A stretch of DNA of 44,514 nt from a virus. The DNA is taken from the IMG/VR virus record IMGVR_UViG_3300022538_000610, one strand, 5' to 3'. Positions 8,501-15,657 of the stretch are shown piece after piece. Position 1 is the first letter of the stretch. Each line of letters starts with the position of its first letter. Under the pieces are notes generated by a model. That model was not told the DNA's origin. It did no database searches and saw only the letters and a list, made by a program, of their open reading frames with translations. The translations under genes and the position numbers were made by a program.

Positions 8501-9029
8501 CTTTCAGGTTCTTATCGAAGTACATAAAGTCGGTCTTCTTGTGAAGGCGGGGTTTCCATACATATTCAATTTTCAAAGAGCCTTTGCATTCAGGGCAGAC
8601 GTTTTCTTTGTGCGGGTCGAATTTGTCTTGATAAGACCTACGGCTGCATTTTACGCACACCCAGTCGAAGGCGTGGAGATTGTACATTCTCGGTATTACA
8701 GTCCAGTCGTACTCGCAGTCAGCGGCGAGTTTAATATCGAAGCCCTTATCGAACATTGAATGGCCATCGGTCTTGAGAATATATTTACCTCTGGCCATCT
8801 GGGCGGCTTCGTTTACCGCCCGCCTCTGGCCTACCGGCTCTGTATGATGAATTAGAGTTACTCTCGGGTCGTCTATGATATTGGGGTCAGGCCAGTAGCC
8901 GTCGAGAATAGCGATGATTTCTATATCGCCTTCAGCGGCCTCTAATGTAGATTCTATCGTTTTCTTTAATAGAAACTCATTACGGGCTGGAATAATAATA
9001 CTTATTTTATTATTTGACGTATCACGCAC
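5526..9029 (-). CDS. Multi-domain glycan-building enzyme: two ppGalNAc-T-like GT-A glycosyltransferase domains, a third GT-like domain, a ParB/Srx-like domain and a class I SAM (sugar O-)methyltransferase-like domain
   Basis: 1167-aa ORF with a probable GTG start that overlaps the upstream stop by 8 nt. GT motif pairs: ISIIIPARNE/LSVIIPARNE; DxH in KTDGHSMF/RLDAHCIV; FLELGGLDE/FLDWGGLDE; WGQVGVEVGCKAWLSGGR/FGQEGVEISCMTWLSGGR; TWFAHMFR/TWYAHWNR. ParB-like segment: IIRGYRRLVIAKHLGYKKVPVRIF. Methyltransferase motifs: ILEIGVQRGASLL...IFGIDI...DLIIDDGCHD...IYVLEDI. Confidence 0.8.
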   Translation of the reverse strand: MRDTSNNKISIIIPARNEFLLKKTIESTLEAAEGDIEIIAILDGYWPDPNIIDDPRVTLIHHTEPVGQRRAVNEAAQMARGKYILKTDGHSMFDKGFDIKLAADCEYDWTVIPRMYNLHAFDWVCVKCSRRSYQDKFDPHKENVCPECKGSLKIEYVWKPRLHKKTDFMYFDKNLKVQYWYRYTKRPEAKGDIVDIMNGVGACWFQHRDRFLELGGLDEEHGSWGQVGVEVGCKAWLSGGRHVVNRKTWFAHMFRTTKEFTFPYQIKGSDQENARKYSRDLWTNDKWPQQKRSFKWLLEKFAPVPTWEVKKTKTTNPLLSVIIPARNEIYLQRTIDDCLAKLKTDFEIVVGLDGYSPELKKDPRVILCHSKERIGMRPMINKLAQTARGKYLMRLDAHCIVAEGIDKVLINCYRPGNTVLAMRYELESKNWKRRERTDCPYRYLSHPDVDPKGGLRGLAWPEYAEKHKDEDIGETMTISGSNWLMGRKQFLDWGGLDEKHGTFGQEGVEISCMTWLSGGRVLVNKNTWYAHWNRGKSSYSLGAREKPKSMARSIELWIGDKWPHAKKKFQWLIDKFAPVPGWSKISVVYITANKEKESLAEYTRQELIRSIKGAELISVSQEPLDFGENICVGKVGCSGHNILRQMLLGIEKATSPYVAIAESDCLYPPEHFDYIPPKDDRAYFNSNIWIFDTKKPSFLRKSSASQCSLIGERQFLLKELRNRLAGKPEWKDGVEHGKNRPLTFKRGKWETFSTEQPIVNIRHNKNMHKGWTGTTGKRVSTIPYWGQASILSQKTNTLTYKNGVDYRYLYKFKLREFDINKTFRDDNFIKHYNINKRQPDNPRGGYEFLKTFSPFIESLVAGKTYTDEELKDLPYYNYLVKHLHPATRDPLTPKGAMRVQEKMRDAISLYEDIRDNGLKTPLDAYKNKKERVIIRGYRRLVIAKHLGYKKVPVRIFSTLADFKQRRYLIDARSNGRIENAAVQQFIKMSFRATNKYWHHNYTHLYDRHLNGLYNERIKILEIGVQRGASLLVWKKAFPKAKIFGIDIRDVSQERILRRNKDLKLFVGDQADVKFLKSVARHGPFDLIIDDGCHDPESMVISLETLWPHLAKNGIYVLEDIGHNRKQPGYKPIIIDKIHTLIDDICLTEKVSSVAFYPNICFIQKDMK

Positions 9030-9909
9030 TGCCTAACTGTGAATCTAATCTGCCCCGATTTGACGCCCTTGCCTGATTCCACGTATTAAACGGAATCCGT
9101 CCGGCGTTGCTCTGCTCCTGTCTATCCATTGCCCTGACCTTTGGCATTAGCAACTTGAGGTCGTCTTTAATGGCTTGATATAATTTTAAGTCTTGCGCTA
9201 TTGGCATTACCAGTTTAAGGGCAAGCTGCAAAGTCAGAACCTCTATGAATAGCGGGTCGAAGTCGGTTACGGTAGTTACCTGCTTGGTATACCTTACGTC
9301 TATAGTGCCACCGATTTTACCACTTGCCCCGCTTACACCGCCCACGCCATCATCAGGTGCGCTTGCCAATGTAACTGTGTTCGTATTAGTGTAACCAGTT
9401 ATCTGATACCATCCGATGGTAAGATTCGTACCGGAAGATAAGTAGATGTATTTATCTACCATCGCCTCTGTGAAACCGCCATTGGCCGAAGTCAATATTG
9501 TTATACCAATACCAGCCGTTGCGCCGTCAGTTATACTCAATATAAATTCGGCCTCATCTGAAAGCAGTTCACTGCCTTCAAGGGCATAAGGATAAATAGT
9601 GTTTTGCCTCAATGTGGAGTTGTCTTCATAAACAGACCTGAAGGCAAGAAAATCGGCGGGAAGAATATAACCGTAATTCCATTCAAAGTCGGGTATGCTA
9701 TGCGTTTCAATCTTCGCCCTTGCCCCTGCGAACCGCCACCAGTAAGACCTCAACAGCGCGTCTCTGGTCTGCTCGTAATGCAAGTTGCAAAGGGTAGCGG
9801 TTACATCTGTGCAGGGGTCGGCAGTTATCTGTGCTTCAGTAACTCTCTTTGCGCCAATTCTGCCTAATGCAAGATTGCATATATCAGTTTTGCTATCTGG
9901 AGAAGCCAT
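9022..9909 (-). CDS. Tail tubular protein A (T7 gp11)-like adaptor
   Basis: The N-terminus DICNLALGRIGAKRVTE....LLRSYWWRFA resembles the gp11 pattern VNDILASIGEPPV...IQSRGWTFN. The gene lies downstream of the capsid genes and upstream of the tail genes. Confidence 0.6.
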   Translation of the reverse strand: MASPDSKTDICNLALGRIGAKRVTEAQITADPCTDVTATLCNLHYEQTRDALLRSYWWRFAGARAKIETHSIPDFEWNYGYILPADFLAFRSVYEDNSTLRQNTIYPYALEGSELLSDEAEFILSITDGATAGIGITILTSANGGFTEAMVDKYIYLSSGTNLTIGWYQITGYTNTNTVTLASAPDDGVGGVSGASGKIGGTIDVRYTKQVTTVTDFDPLFIEVLTLQLALKLVMPIAQDLKLYQAIKDDLKLLMPKVRAMDRQEQSNAGRIPFNTWNQARASNRGRLDSQLGSA

Positions 9910-10583
9910 TATATCCCATACCTCCAGCGAGTAATTGCGTGGTCGCTTTTTGCCTCGGCGGCGGAAAACAGTTTGTTGAAAAACATTACATCGTCTATCT
10001 GGCCGTTAAAATAAAGTGAAGGGATATTGGTTGAACCTATATGGAGGTTGTTTGCGTTATCAATATCGTCTACTGCAGCAATGCTCGCTGATGTCGCTTT
10101 GAGAGTTCCATCAATGTAAGTTTTCATTGTATCGCTTCTATCAAAAGTTGCTACAACTCGATGCCATTTGCCATCGTCAAACTCACCTACGGCTACTTTT
10201 GTAACCTCATCTACGCCATCACTTATTTTGAGATAAACATCACCATCAATCAAATAAACCCCATAGCCTTTAGCCGCCCATTTATAAACGAACCATTGGG
10301 TAGCAGCACTTGTTGTCTTGAACGATATGGCGATTGTAAAATCGGTTGTCGTTCCGAAATTCAAAGAGGCGGCACTGGTTACTTGAATATAATCGGCGCT
10401 ACCGTCAAAATCGAAACCCGGATATACCGGCAGGCAAGAAGTTCCAACTACGGTTCCGATATTACCATTCAAACTGTAATCAAAAACCTTGCTTGTGGAC
10501 GTAAACCCTGCCCACAACTTAAAGTGCAGAACGGTATTCGGCCCCGTTCTCGGCTGGGGCTGCAAGTATTTCGCTTTATACAT
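9909..10583 (-). CDS. LamG / concanavalin-A-like lectin-fold protein
   Basis: Typical Laminin_G_3-like pattern: FDFDGSADYIQV...DFTIAISFK...KWHRVVATFD...MKTYIDGTL...LHIGS...YFNGQIDDVMFFNKLFSAAE. AGAGGTGA Shine-Dalgarno sequence. Confidence 0.7.
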   Translation of the reverse strand: MYKAKYLQPQPRTGPNTVLHFKLWAGFTSTSKVFDYSLNGNIGTVVGTSCLPVYPGFDFDGSADYIQVTSAASLNFGTTTDFTIAISFKTTSAATQWFVYKWAAKGYGVYLIDGDVYLKISDGVDEVTKVAVGEFDDGKWHRVVATFDRSDTMKTYIDGTLKATSASIAAVDDIDNANNLHIGSTNIPSLYFNGQIDDVMFFNKLFSAAEAKSDHAITRWRYGI

Positions 10584-10600
10584 TAGAGATTCACCTCTTA

Positions 10601-10957
10601 TTAGATACCCCGCAGAGTTACAGTAACAACCCAGGCGCCGCCAGGGTCGCCACTTGGCAATACGCCAACATCCATAATGCCCGTCAACGGCTCGCTGACA
10701 TTATAGGTGTATGGTGCAGCCGCTACGGCCAGAGCTGCAACAGTCCATATCTCGTTATCGCTATTGTCATCTATTGCCACTGTCGCCGTTACGCCTGCGC
10801 CGGTAACTAAAACAATAATCTTCTGCAGAATGCCGGCAACAGGAATTGCCTGTTTGACTTCCGCATCATCGCCGGAGGCGAAAGTGTATGTTATAACCCG
10901 CTCCCAGACTGGAGCTTCTGTAAATGTTTTTGCAAGTAGTGATGATGTTCCCGCCAT
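10601..10957 (-). CDS. Hypothetical virion-module protein (118 aa, beta-rich)
   Basis: ORF track; AAGGGAG Shine-Dalgarno sequence upstream. Confidence 0.6.
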   Translation of the reverse strand: MAGTSSLLAKTFTEAPVWERVITYTFASGDDAEVKQAIPVAGILQKIIVLVTGAGVTATVAIDDNSDNEIWTVAALAVAAAPYTYNVSEPLTGIMDVGVLPSGDPGGAWVVTVTLRGI

Positions 10958-10959
10958 AA

Positions 10960-11238
10960 TTAACTCCCTTTATGTTTTTCTGGATAGTTCGCTTGGTCTC
11001 TTGCCGCTTCGGTATCAGCAGCAGTAACAGCACCAGGGAACGATAGAGTCCCTGTTTCGGCGGAATCCAAATAAGAGGCAGTTGCGCTAATCTCTGCGTT
11101 TTCAGCAACGAATAAATCAAACATTGCATCGAAATCATCAAACGTCATTCCGCCCCAAGGCTTGTACGGGTTACGCTTTACATACGCCCGCAAAGAATGT
11201 GCTGCGGATGTTGCCCCCGCATTAAAAGTGTTAGCCAT
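10960..11238 (-). CDS. Hypothetical protein (92 aa)
   Basis: ORF track; AAAGGAGAA Shine-Dalgarno sequence upstream. Confidence 0.6.
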   Translation of the reverse strand: MANTFNAGATSAAHSLRAYVKRNPYKPWGGMTFDDFDAMFDLFVAENAEISATASYLDSAETGTLSFPGAVTAADTEAARDQANYPEKHKGS

Positions 11239-11250
11239 TATAATTCTCCT

Positions 11251-11481
11251 TTAATCATCTATTAACTGGCCGTTTTCATCTCTCGGCCATATATTTAGTT
11301 TTGTTTTGCCAAACGGCACGGTAGTCTGTATCTTGGTTGCGTGGGGACACTCCCCGTACTTGGTTGTATATCCCGCCTTGCAAGTCCTTCTGTTGATTTC
11401 TTCCCGAAAGTCTTTTTCGTTGGTATTAAAAGGCACTAATTCGCCATCAGCGGCATCTTTTGCCCGTTCAATTATTTCCAA
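11251..11481 (-). CDS. Hypothetical protein (76 aa), apparent TTG start
   Basis: ORF track. There is no in-frame ATG near the 5' end, and the start overlaps the end of the zinc-ribbon ORF. Confidence 0.45.
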   Translation of the reverse strand: MEIIERAKDAADGELVPFNTNEKDFREEINRRTCKAGYTTKYGECPHATKIQTTVPFGKTKLNIWPRDENGQLIDD

Positions 11482-11651
11482 AACATAAACCTCTGAAAAT
11501 AGACTCTCCAGTTACGTTTTCGCTTTGGCCTTATTTTGTGCCCACAGCTCCTACAAAGATGAAAATATCCCTTATCATCTTGTCGGAGAAAAACCAGATA
11601 CGATTCACATTTTGGGCATTGCGAATTAGGAGCTACTATTTGTCCTTGCAT
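11472..11651 (-). CDS. Small zinc-ribbon protein (59 aa; below the ORF-track cutoff)
   Basis: My translation: MQGQIVAPNSQCPKCESYLVFLRQDDKGYFHLCRSCGHKIRPKRKRNWRVYFQRFMFWK, with CxxC...CxxC. Confidence 0.45.
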   Translation of the reverse strand: MQGQIVAPNSQCPKCESYLVFLRQDDKGYFHLCRSCGHKIRPKRKRNWRVYFQRFMFWK

Positions 11652-11662
11652 TTAGTTCTCCC

Positions 11663-11696
11663 AAAAAGGGATTGAGGGGCCGAAGCCCCCCAATCT
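11663..11696 (-). terminator. Rho-independent terminator after the 259-aa capsid-associated gene
   Basis: On the minus strand: GATTGGGGGGC-TTCG-GCCCCTCAATC (about 11 bp with one mismatch and a GNRA-like/UUCG loop), followed by CCCTTTTTGG. Confidence 0.75.
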
Positions 11697-11704
11697 AAAC
11701 ATCT

Positions 11705-12469
11705 TTAAGCACCAAGTTGCAACATAATCAATGGGCCAGCAACCGCATCGCTGCTTCCTGTCATTATATACCCTGCACGTTGGTAATATGGGTGGCTTGA
11801 TGACATATGCAAACATCCTTGTGAATCAATAACTACATCTTTTTGGTCGGCTGTTACTTGGATTGTCATACCGCCACTAACGTGACACGGACCCCAACTC
11901 TGGAACCAGAATTTTTGGCCTGTAGTCGGGCGTGTAGCAGGAACACCGTGGTAAACGACATAATTATCACCAGGACACATTTCACGATACGGATTCTCAA
12001 ACACATCAACATAATCCGAAGTTGTCAGAGCGTGTTGTAGCGGATAATCAAGGTAGAGTTGCGTATTTGCAGCGCCTGATTTCTCGTTGCCAACTATGCC
12101 TCTCAGAACGCTATTGTTGATAGTCGAATCGTACAAATAAACAAAACCGCCAGCTAAATCATCTTCTGACCGGTCTGCTATCACTATCTCGATAGTACGA
12201 GAGCCAATAACGCCAGCAGTATCATTCGGCGGTGCAGTATAGTTAAGCACCGCTGGTTCTTGGCTTCCACACATATGGTACGATTTTAAGTTGCTAACAG
12301 CATTGCCGTACTTAAATACTCGACCATCCCACATCAAAAAACGAGTACCATAAATAAATCGTTGAGTGGTTTCTACTTGATATGGCCCAAGTTGATAATC
12401 GCCAGCAAAATCCTTCGGTGTTGCGGCCCAATCAAGGGGACGAAATGGGTATTGGAATATCTTACTCAT
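11705..12469 (-). CDS. Capsid-associated protein (possible decoration/cement protein), 254 aa
   Basis: Start moved to the ATG at 12469 (MSKIFQYPF...), preceded by AAAGGA. It lies immediately downstream of the major capsid gene and is followed by a strong terminator. The function is inferred from position only. Confidence 0.4.
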   Translation of the reverse strand: MSKIFQYPFRPLDWAATPKDFAGDYQLGPYQVETTQRFIYGTRFLMWDGRVFKYGNAVSNLKSYHMCGSQEPAVLNYTAPPNDTAGVIGSRTIEIVIADRSEDDLAGGFVYLYDSTINNSVLRGIVGNEKSGAANTQLYLDYPLQHALTTSDYVDVFENPYREMCPGDNYVVYHGVPATRPTTGQKFWFQSWGPCHVSGGMTIQVTADQKDVVIDSQGCLHMSSSHPYYQRAGYIMTGSSDAVAGPLIMLQLGA

Positions 12470-12484
12470 TTTTTTTCCTTTCAA

Positions 12485-13405
12485 TTACACAGTGTCAAGG
12501 GAAATCTCAACCACTGCTGGGCCTTCAACTCTGGTGGCGCCAAGGGACATCTCGACATAAACTTGAGTCGAGTAGTTCTTGTCGTCTCGTTCCGTAATAC
12601 GAACTGTGGGTTCTTCAGAAATTGCGAGGACAATCGCATCCTGTGCAAAAGCGTAACAGGTAGTAGCGTCAGCGTTTTCAGTATCGGCAACAAGTCTTGT
12701 ACTCATAAGAAACTTGAAGCCCATATAAGAATCAATCTGACCCTGTGCTAAAGCCTTTACAGTATTATAATCGGAACTTTTAACCTCTGTGGTATTGAGT
12801 AACTGGTTGATGTTGTACGGGTTAGTTGCAAAATACCTTTGACGTGCGGGGTCAATATCCGCATCGTCAAGTAGTTGCTTACAGGTGAGCAGTTTGGCGA
12901 TAGTCAAGCCTGTCTCTGCACCAGAATCGGTGGTGTTAGAGCCAGCGGCAATGATTGTGCCGTTGTCCTGAACAAGCCGACATTCGCCAACGGCGTAGTT
13001 GTAAATCTCAGTACCTGTGTGCCCACCATAAGCAGAACCGCCCAACGCTGTGATAATCACATCGTCAATCGTACGGTTGAACGCCATTACAGCGTTCTGG
13101 GCGTAAGTTGATTGGGGGTCGATAAGCATTTTGAGCCTATCAACATTGTCAATCAAATCAGCCCAGTTGTAGTCTGCCATCGTCAACTTTCGTCTGGAGT
13201 GCGGAGTGGAGATAAGCGGCGTGTCACCGTGTCGTGCGCCTATCAACTGTGCTTCGGTAGCACCGATGCGCTCAACATACAGAGTATCGCCGGTTACGTC
13301 CTCCATCCTGCAAACCTGACGCAGTACAGACTCCTTCTGCTGGCTTAACAGCAGAATATTGGCCTTGAACTGGTCAACGAAGGCAGTAGTAATCTGAACA
13401 CTCAT
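12485..13405 (-). CDS. Major capsid protein
   Basis: 306 aa. The N-terminal pattern VDQFKANILLLSQQKESVLRQ...YVERIG...RHGDTPLISTPHSRRKLTMADYNWADLIDNVD is the conserved pattern of a widespread podovirus/HK97-fold capsid family. The gene follows the scaffold gene and has a strong AGAAGGAG Shine-Dalgarno sequence. Confidence 0.75.
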   Translation of the reverse strand: MSVQITTAFVDQFKANILLLSQQKESVLRQVCRMEDVTGDTLYVERIGATEAQLIGARHGDTPLISTPHSRRKLTMADYNWADLIDNVDRLKMLIDPQSTYAQNAVMAFNRTIDDVIITALGGSAYGGHTGTEIYNYAVGECRLVQDNGTIIAAGSNTTDSGAETGLTIAKLLTCKQLLDDADIDPARQRYFATNPYNINQLLNTTEVKSSDYNTVKALAQGQIDSYMGFKFLMSTRLVADTENADATTCYAFAQDAIVLAISEEPTVRITERDDKNYSTQVYVEMSLGATRVEGPAVVEISLDTV

Positions 13406-13569
13406 ATCAGACTCCTTCTGCTAAAGTTAAAATGTTTTAACGAGAAGGTTGTCTGATATCAGGCCTACTCTGCATCACGTTGCTAACGAGCGGGTTACCG
13501 CTATTCTTGGGGGCTTCTGTTGAAGAAGTTGTCCCATTACTAATTTAACAAAAAGGGGGTCGGTGAGAC

Positions 13570-14004
13570 TTATCCCTGCTTGTTAAGATACAAAATTGCA
13601 CATTGTAAATTTTCTATATCTTCTTGCAATAAACCAATGCCAGTATTGCAATTGCTACATAGAAGACCACGTATTTTTTCGGTTTTATGGCAATGGTCAA
13701 CGTGCAATGTCTTTTTTAATTCCGTCTGGTGTATACCACAGATAGCGCATTTGCCTTGTTGTTTAGCAAATAATTCGTTATATTCTTCTGTGGTCATACC
13801 ATAACATTGCTTGAGTGCATAATTTCTGGTGCAATGATTGGGATGGGCCTTATTATAAATTTTGCCTTTGGCGTTGATTTTGGCTCGATTTTTTTCTCGA
13901 TACTCCTTATTGTAGGCCTTGACCTTTTTAGAGTTTCTTTTCTTCCACGCCGATACAATCGCTCTATGTTTTTCTGGGTTCTCTTTTCGCCATTTTTCGC
14001 CCAT
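13570..14004 (-). CDS. HNH endonuclease, endonuclease-VII type (free-standing homing-endonuclease-like)
   Basis: CAICGIHQTELKKTLHVDHCHKTEKIRGLLCSNCNTGIGLL matches the Endo VII motif C.iCg....l.vDHcH.tg.vRGlLC..CN.glG. The gene is inserted between the scaffold and capsid genes. Confidence 0.8.
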   Translation of the reverse strand: MGEKWRKENPEKHRAIVSAWKKRNSKKVKAYNKEYREKNRAKINAKGKIYNKAHPNHCTRNYALKQCYGMTTEEYNELFAKQQGKCAICGIHQTELKKTLHVDHCHKTEKIRGLLCSNCNTGIGLLQEDIENLQCAILYLNKQG

Positions 14005-14009
14005 TTCGC

Positions 14010-14849
14010 TTATCCCGTTTTAGTGCTTTTGTTTTTCTCTCGAAATAATCTTGCTACCAAAAGAACCTGATTCTTGTGGTTCGGGTGTTTTGGATTTGTG
14101 TACGAATCTTTCGCCATCTCCTCTTTTATCTTGGCGTCCATCTCTTGAGGAGTTGGGATGCCTGTCACGGCAATATCGCCGTGCTCAGCGAACTTACTGC
14201 CGATATTAGAGGCGAACCTAACAAAGTCGGGATTTTTGCCGAACTTTTCAACTAATCTTGCCTTGAACTCCTCGTCTCCGGCAACGCCTCTTTCTATCGC
14301 CACATTACCAAGATGCTTCTTCTGTTCATAGGCATTGCCCCAATCCCTGTACAGTCCATCCTCTACTTCTTTGAGGTCAAAGTCATCTGCATCATTTTTG
14401 GCTTTTGCTTGCTTTAATACATATCCAAGGTTGTGGGCAAATAATGCAGTTGCCAATTTTTTACTTCCGCCGAACTTGAAAAATATATCCTGCACCTCAT
14501 TTGCGTAATCTTGACTGTATAACTCTTCAGGAAAATCATCGGGTTTGGCAAAGTTATAATCCGCAGCGGTATCGGGTCTGCCACCCGCCTTGTAGTATTC
14601 ACCCCACTCTTCATCGGTGGCGGTTTCGCTGGGAACGGTTATTTTATCCTTTCCCACTGTCCTCAGAGCGTGGACTAAAGACTTCGACATTCCCTGAATA
14701 TCGCCGAAGGTCTGAAGGCACTTCTCCTCCCTGATGTCTTCCGGTAATGTCTCCCGCCAGTTCTCGGTAAACTTGCCGTCTTCACCTATAATTGGGACAG
14801 GAGTTGTCACTGCCTCCGTGGTTCCTGTTTGTCCGTTTTCTTCTGCCAT
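14010..14849 (-). CDS. Scaffolding protein
   Basis: 279 aa, acidic, with a helical-looking composition. Located between the portal and major capsid genes. Confidence 0.6.
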   Translation of the reverse strand: MAEENGQTGTTEAVTTPVPIIGEDGKFTENWRETLPEDIREEKCLQTFGDIQGMSKSLVHALRTVGKDKITVPSETATDEEWGEYYKAGGRPDTAADYNFAKPDDFPEELYSQDYANEVQDIFFKFGGSKKLATALFAHNLGYVLKQAKAKNDADDFDLKEVEDGLYRDWGNAYEQKKHLGNVAIERGVAGDEEFKARLVEKFGKNPDFVRFASNIGSKFAEHGDIAVTGIPTPQEMDAKIKEEMAKDSYTNPKHPNHKNQVLLVARLFREKNKSTKTG

Positions 14850-14852
14850 AAT

Positions 14853-15167
14853 TTAATCCTTTAATTCGTTTAACTCACAATCTCTAAAACTACTATAAAA
14901 TCCATCATATCGTCGAACAGAATACCAGAAATTATTTCTTATTTCTTCGATAACCCCTTCGCCGACACAACGGCCATCCGTACCGTTTATATAATCATAC
15001 AATACACGCTGGCCTGCCTTGAATCTCAAGACAAGTTTATCAATAAGACGACTACACAACGGACATCGCTGCTCTGAAGACAAAGACTCTGTTATCCATT
15101 TGCCATTGTCGCCCAAAGCAAGAGAAACTTTTCCGTTTACAAAATCGTTTATCTCTTTTTTTCTCAT
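14853..15167 (-). CDS. Hypothetical protein (104 aa)
   Basis: ORF track; ATGA-type overlap with the upstream gene. Confidence 0.55.
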   Translation of the reverse strand: MRKKEINDFVNGKVSLALGDNGKWITESLSSEQRCPLCSRLIDKLVLRFKAGQRVLYDYINGTDGRCVGEGVIEEIRNNFWYSVRRYDGFYSSFRDCELNELKD

Positions 15168-15421
15168 TTTGCCACTTTCTGTTTCTTTTCGTTTGGGTCT
15201 TGCTTTAGCTTCCTGTATATATGAACAAGGACGCTGCGCTGCCCCTCGTTGCGCATAACGGCCATTGGGTCTATTCTGCCCTGCTGGTCGAGCGGAACAA
15301 TACTAAGATTGAATTTGGCTAATCGCTCTATATCTGCCAGAACCCGCTTACCCTCATCAGAACCAAAGGTAAACCTGTAATCCATGATTAACTGTTTGGC
15401 TTCTTGGTCTCGGTCTTTCAT
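15164..15421 (-). CDS. Hypothetical protein (85 aa)
   Basis: ORF track; 4-nt overlaps on both sides. Confidence 0.55.
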   Translation of the reverse strand: MKDRDQEAKQLIMDYRFTFGSDEGKRVLADIERLAKFNLSIVPLDQQGRIDPMAVMRNEGQRSVLVHIYRKLKQDPNEKKQKVAK

Positions 15422-15642
15422 TTCTTCTTTCTTCTCGCTCTTGCTGGCAATTTCTTACCTTTAGCGCCGTGAAGATGGCTTTCTAATTCCGCGGTAGTCA
15501 TTTTTTTAAAACGAATTATTTTTCTTCTCTTTGCCACTTTTACTTTCCTTTTTTCCGCCGCCGACGGCGAAGTTCTGCGCCCATTGCCCCTCGTTGTGCT
15601 TTTGAAGTTATTGGTGTATGCTTGCGACCGCTTTTTTTGCAT
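15418..15642 (-). CDS. Very basic small protein (74 aa; Lys/Arg-rich, ends RARRKKK)
   Basis: ORF track and composition read directly. Confidence 0.5.
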   Translation of the reverse strand: MQKKRSQAYTNNFKSTTRGNGRRTSPSAAEKRKVKVAKRRKIIRFKKMTTAELESHLHGAKGKKLPARARRKKK

Positions 15643-15657
15643 CCTTTTCCTGGCATT

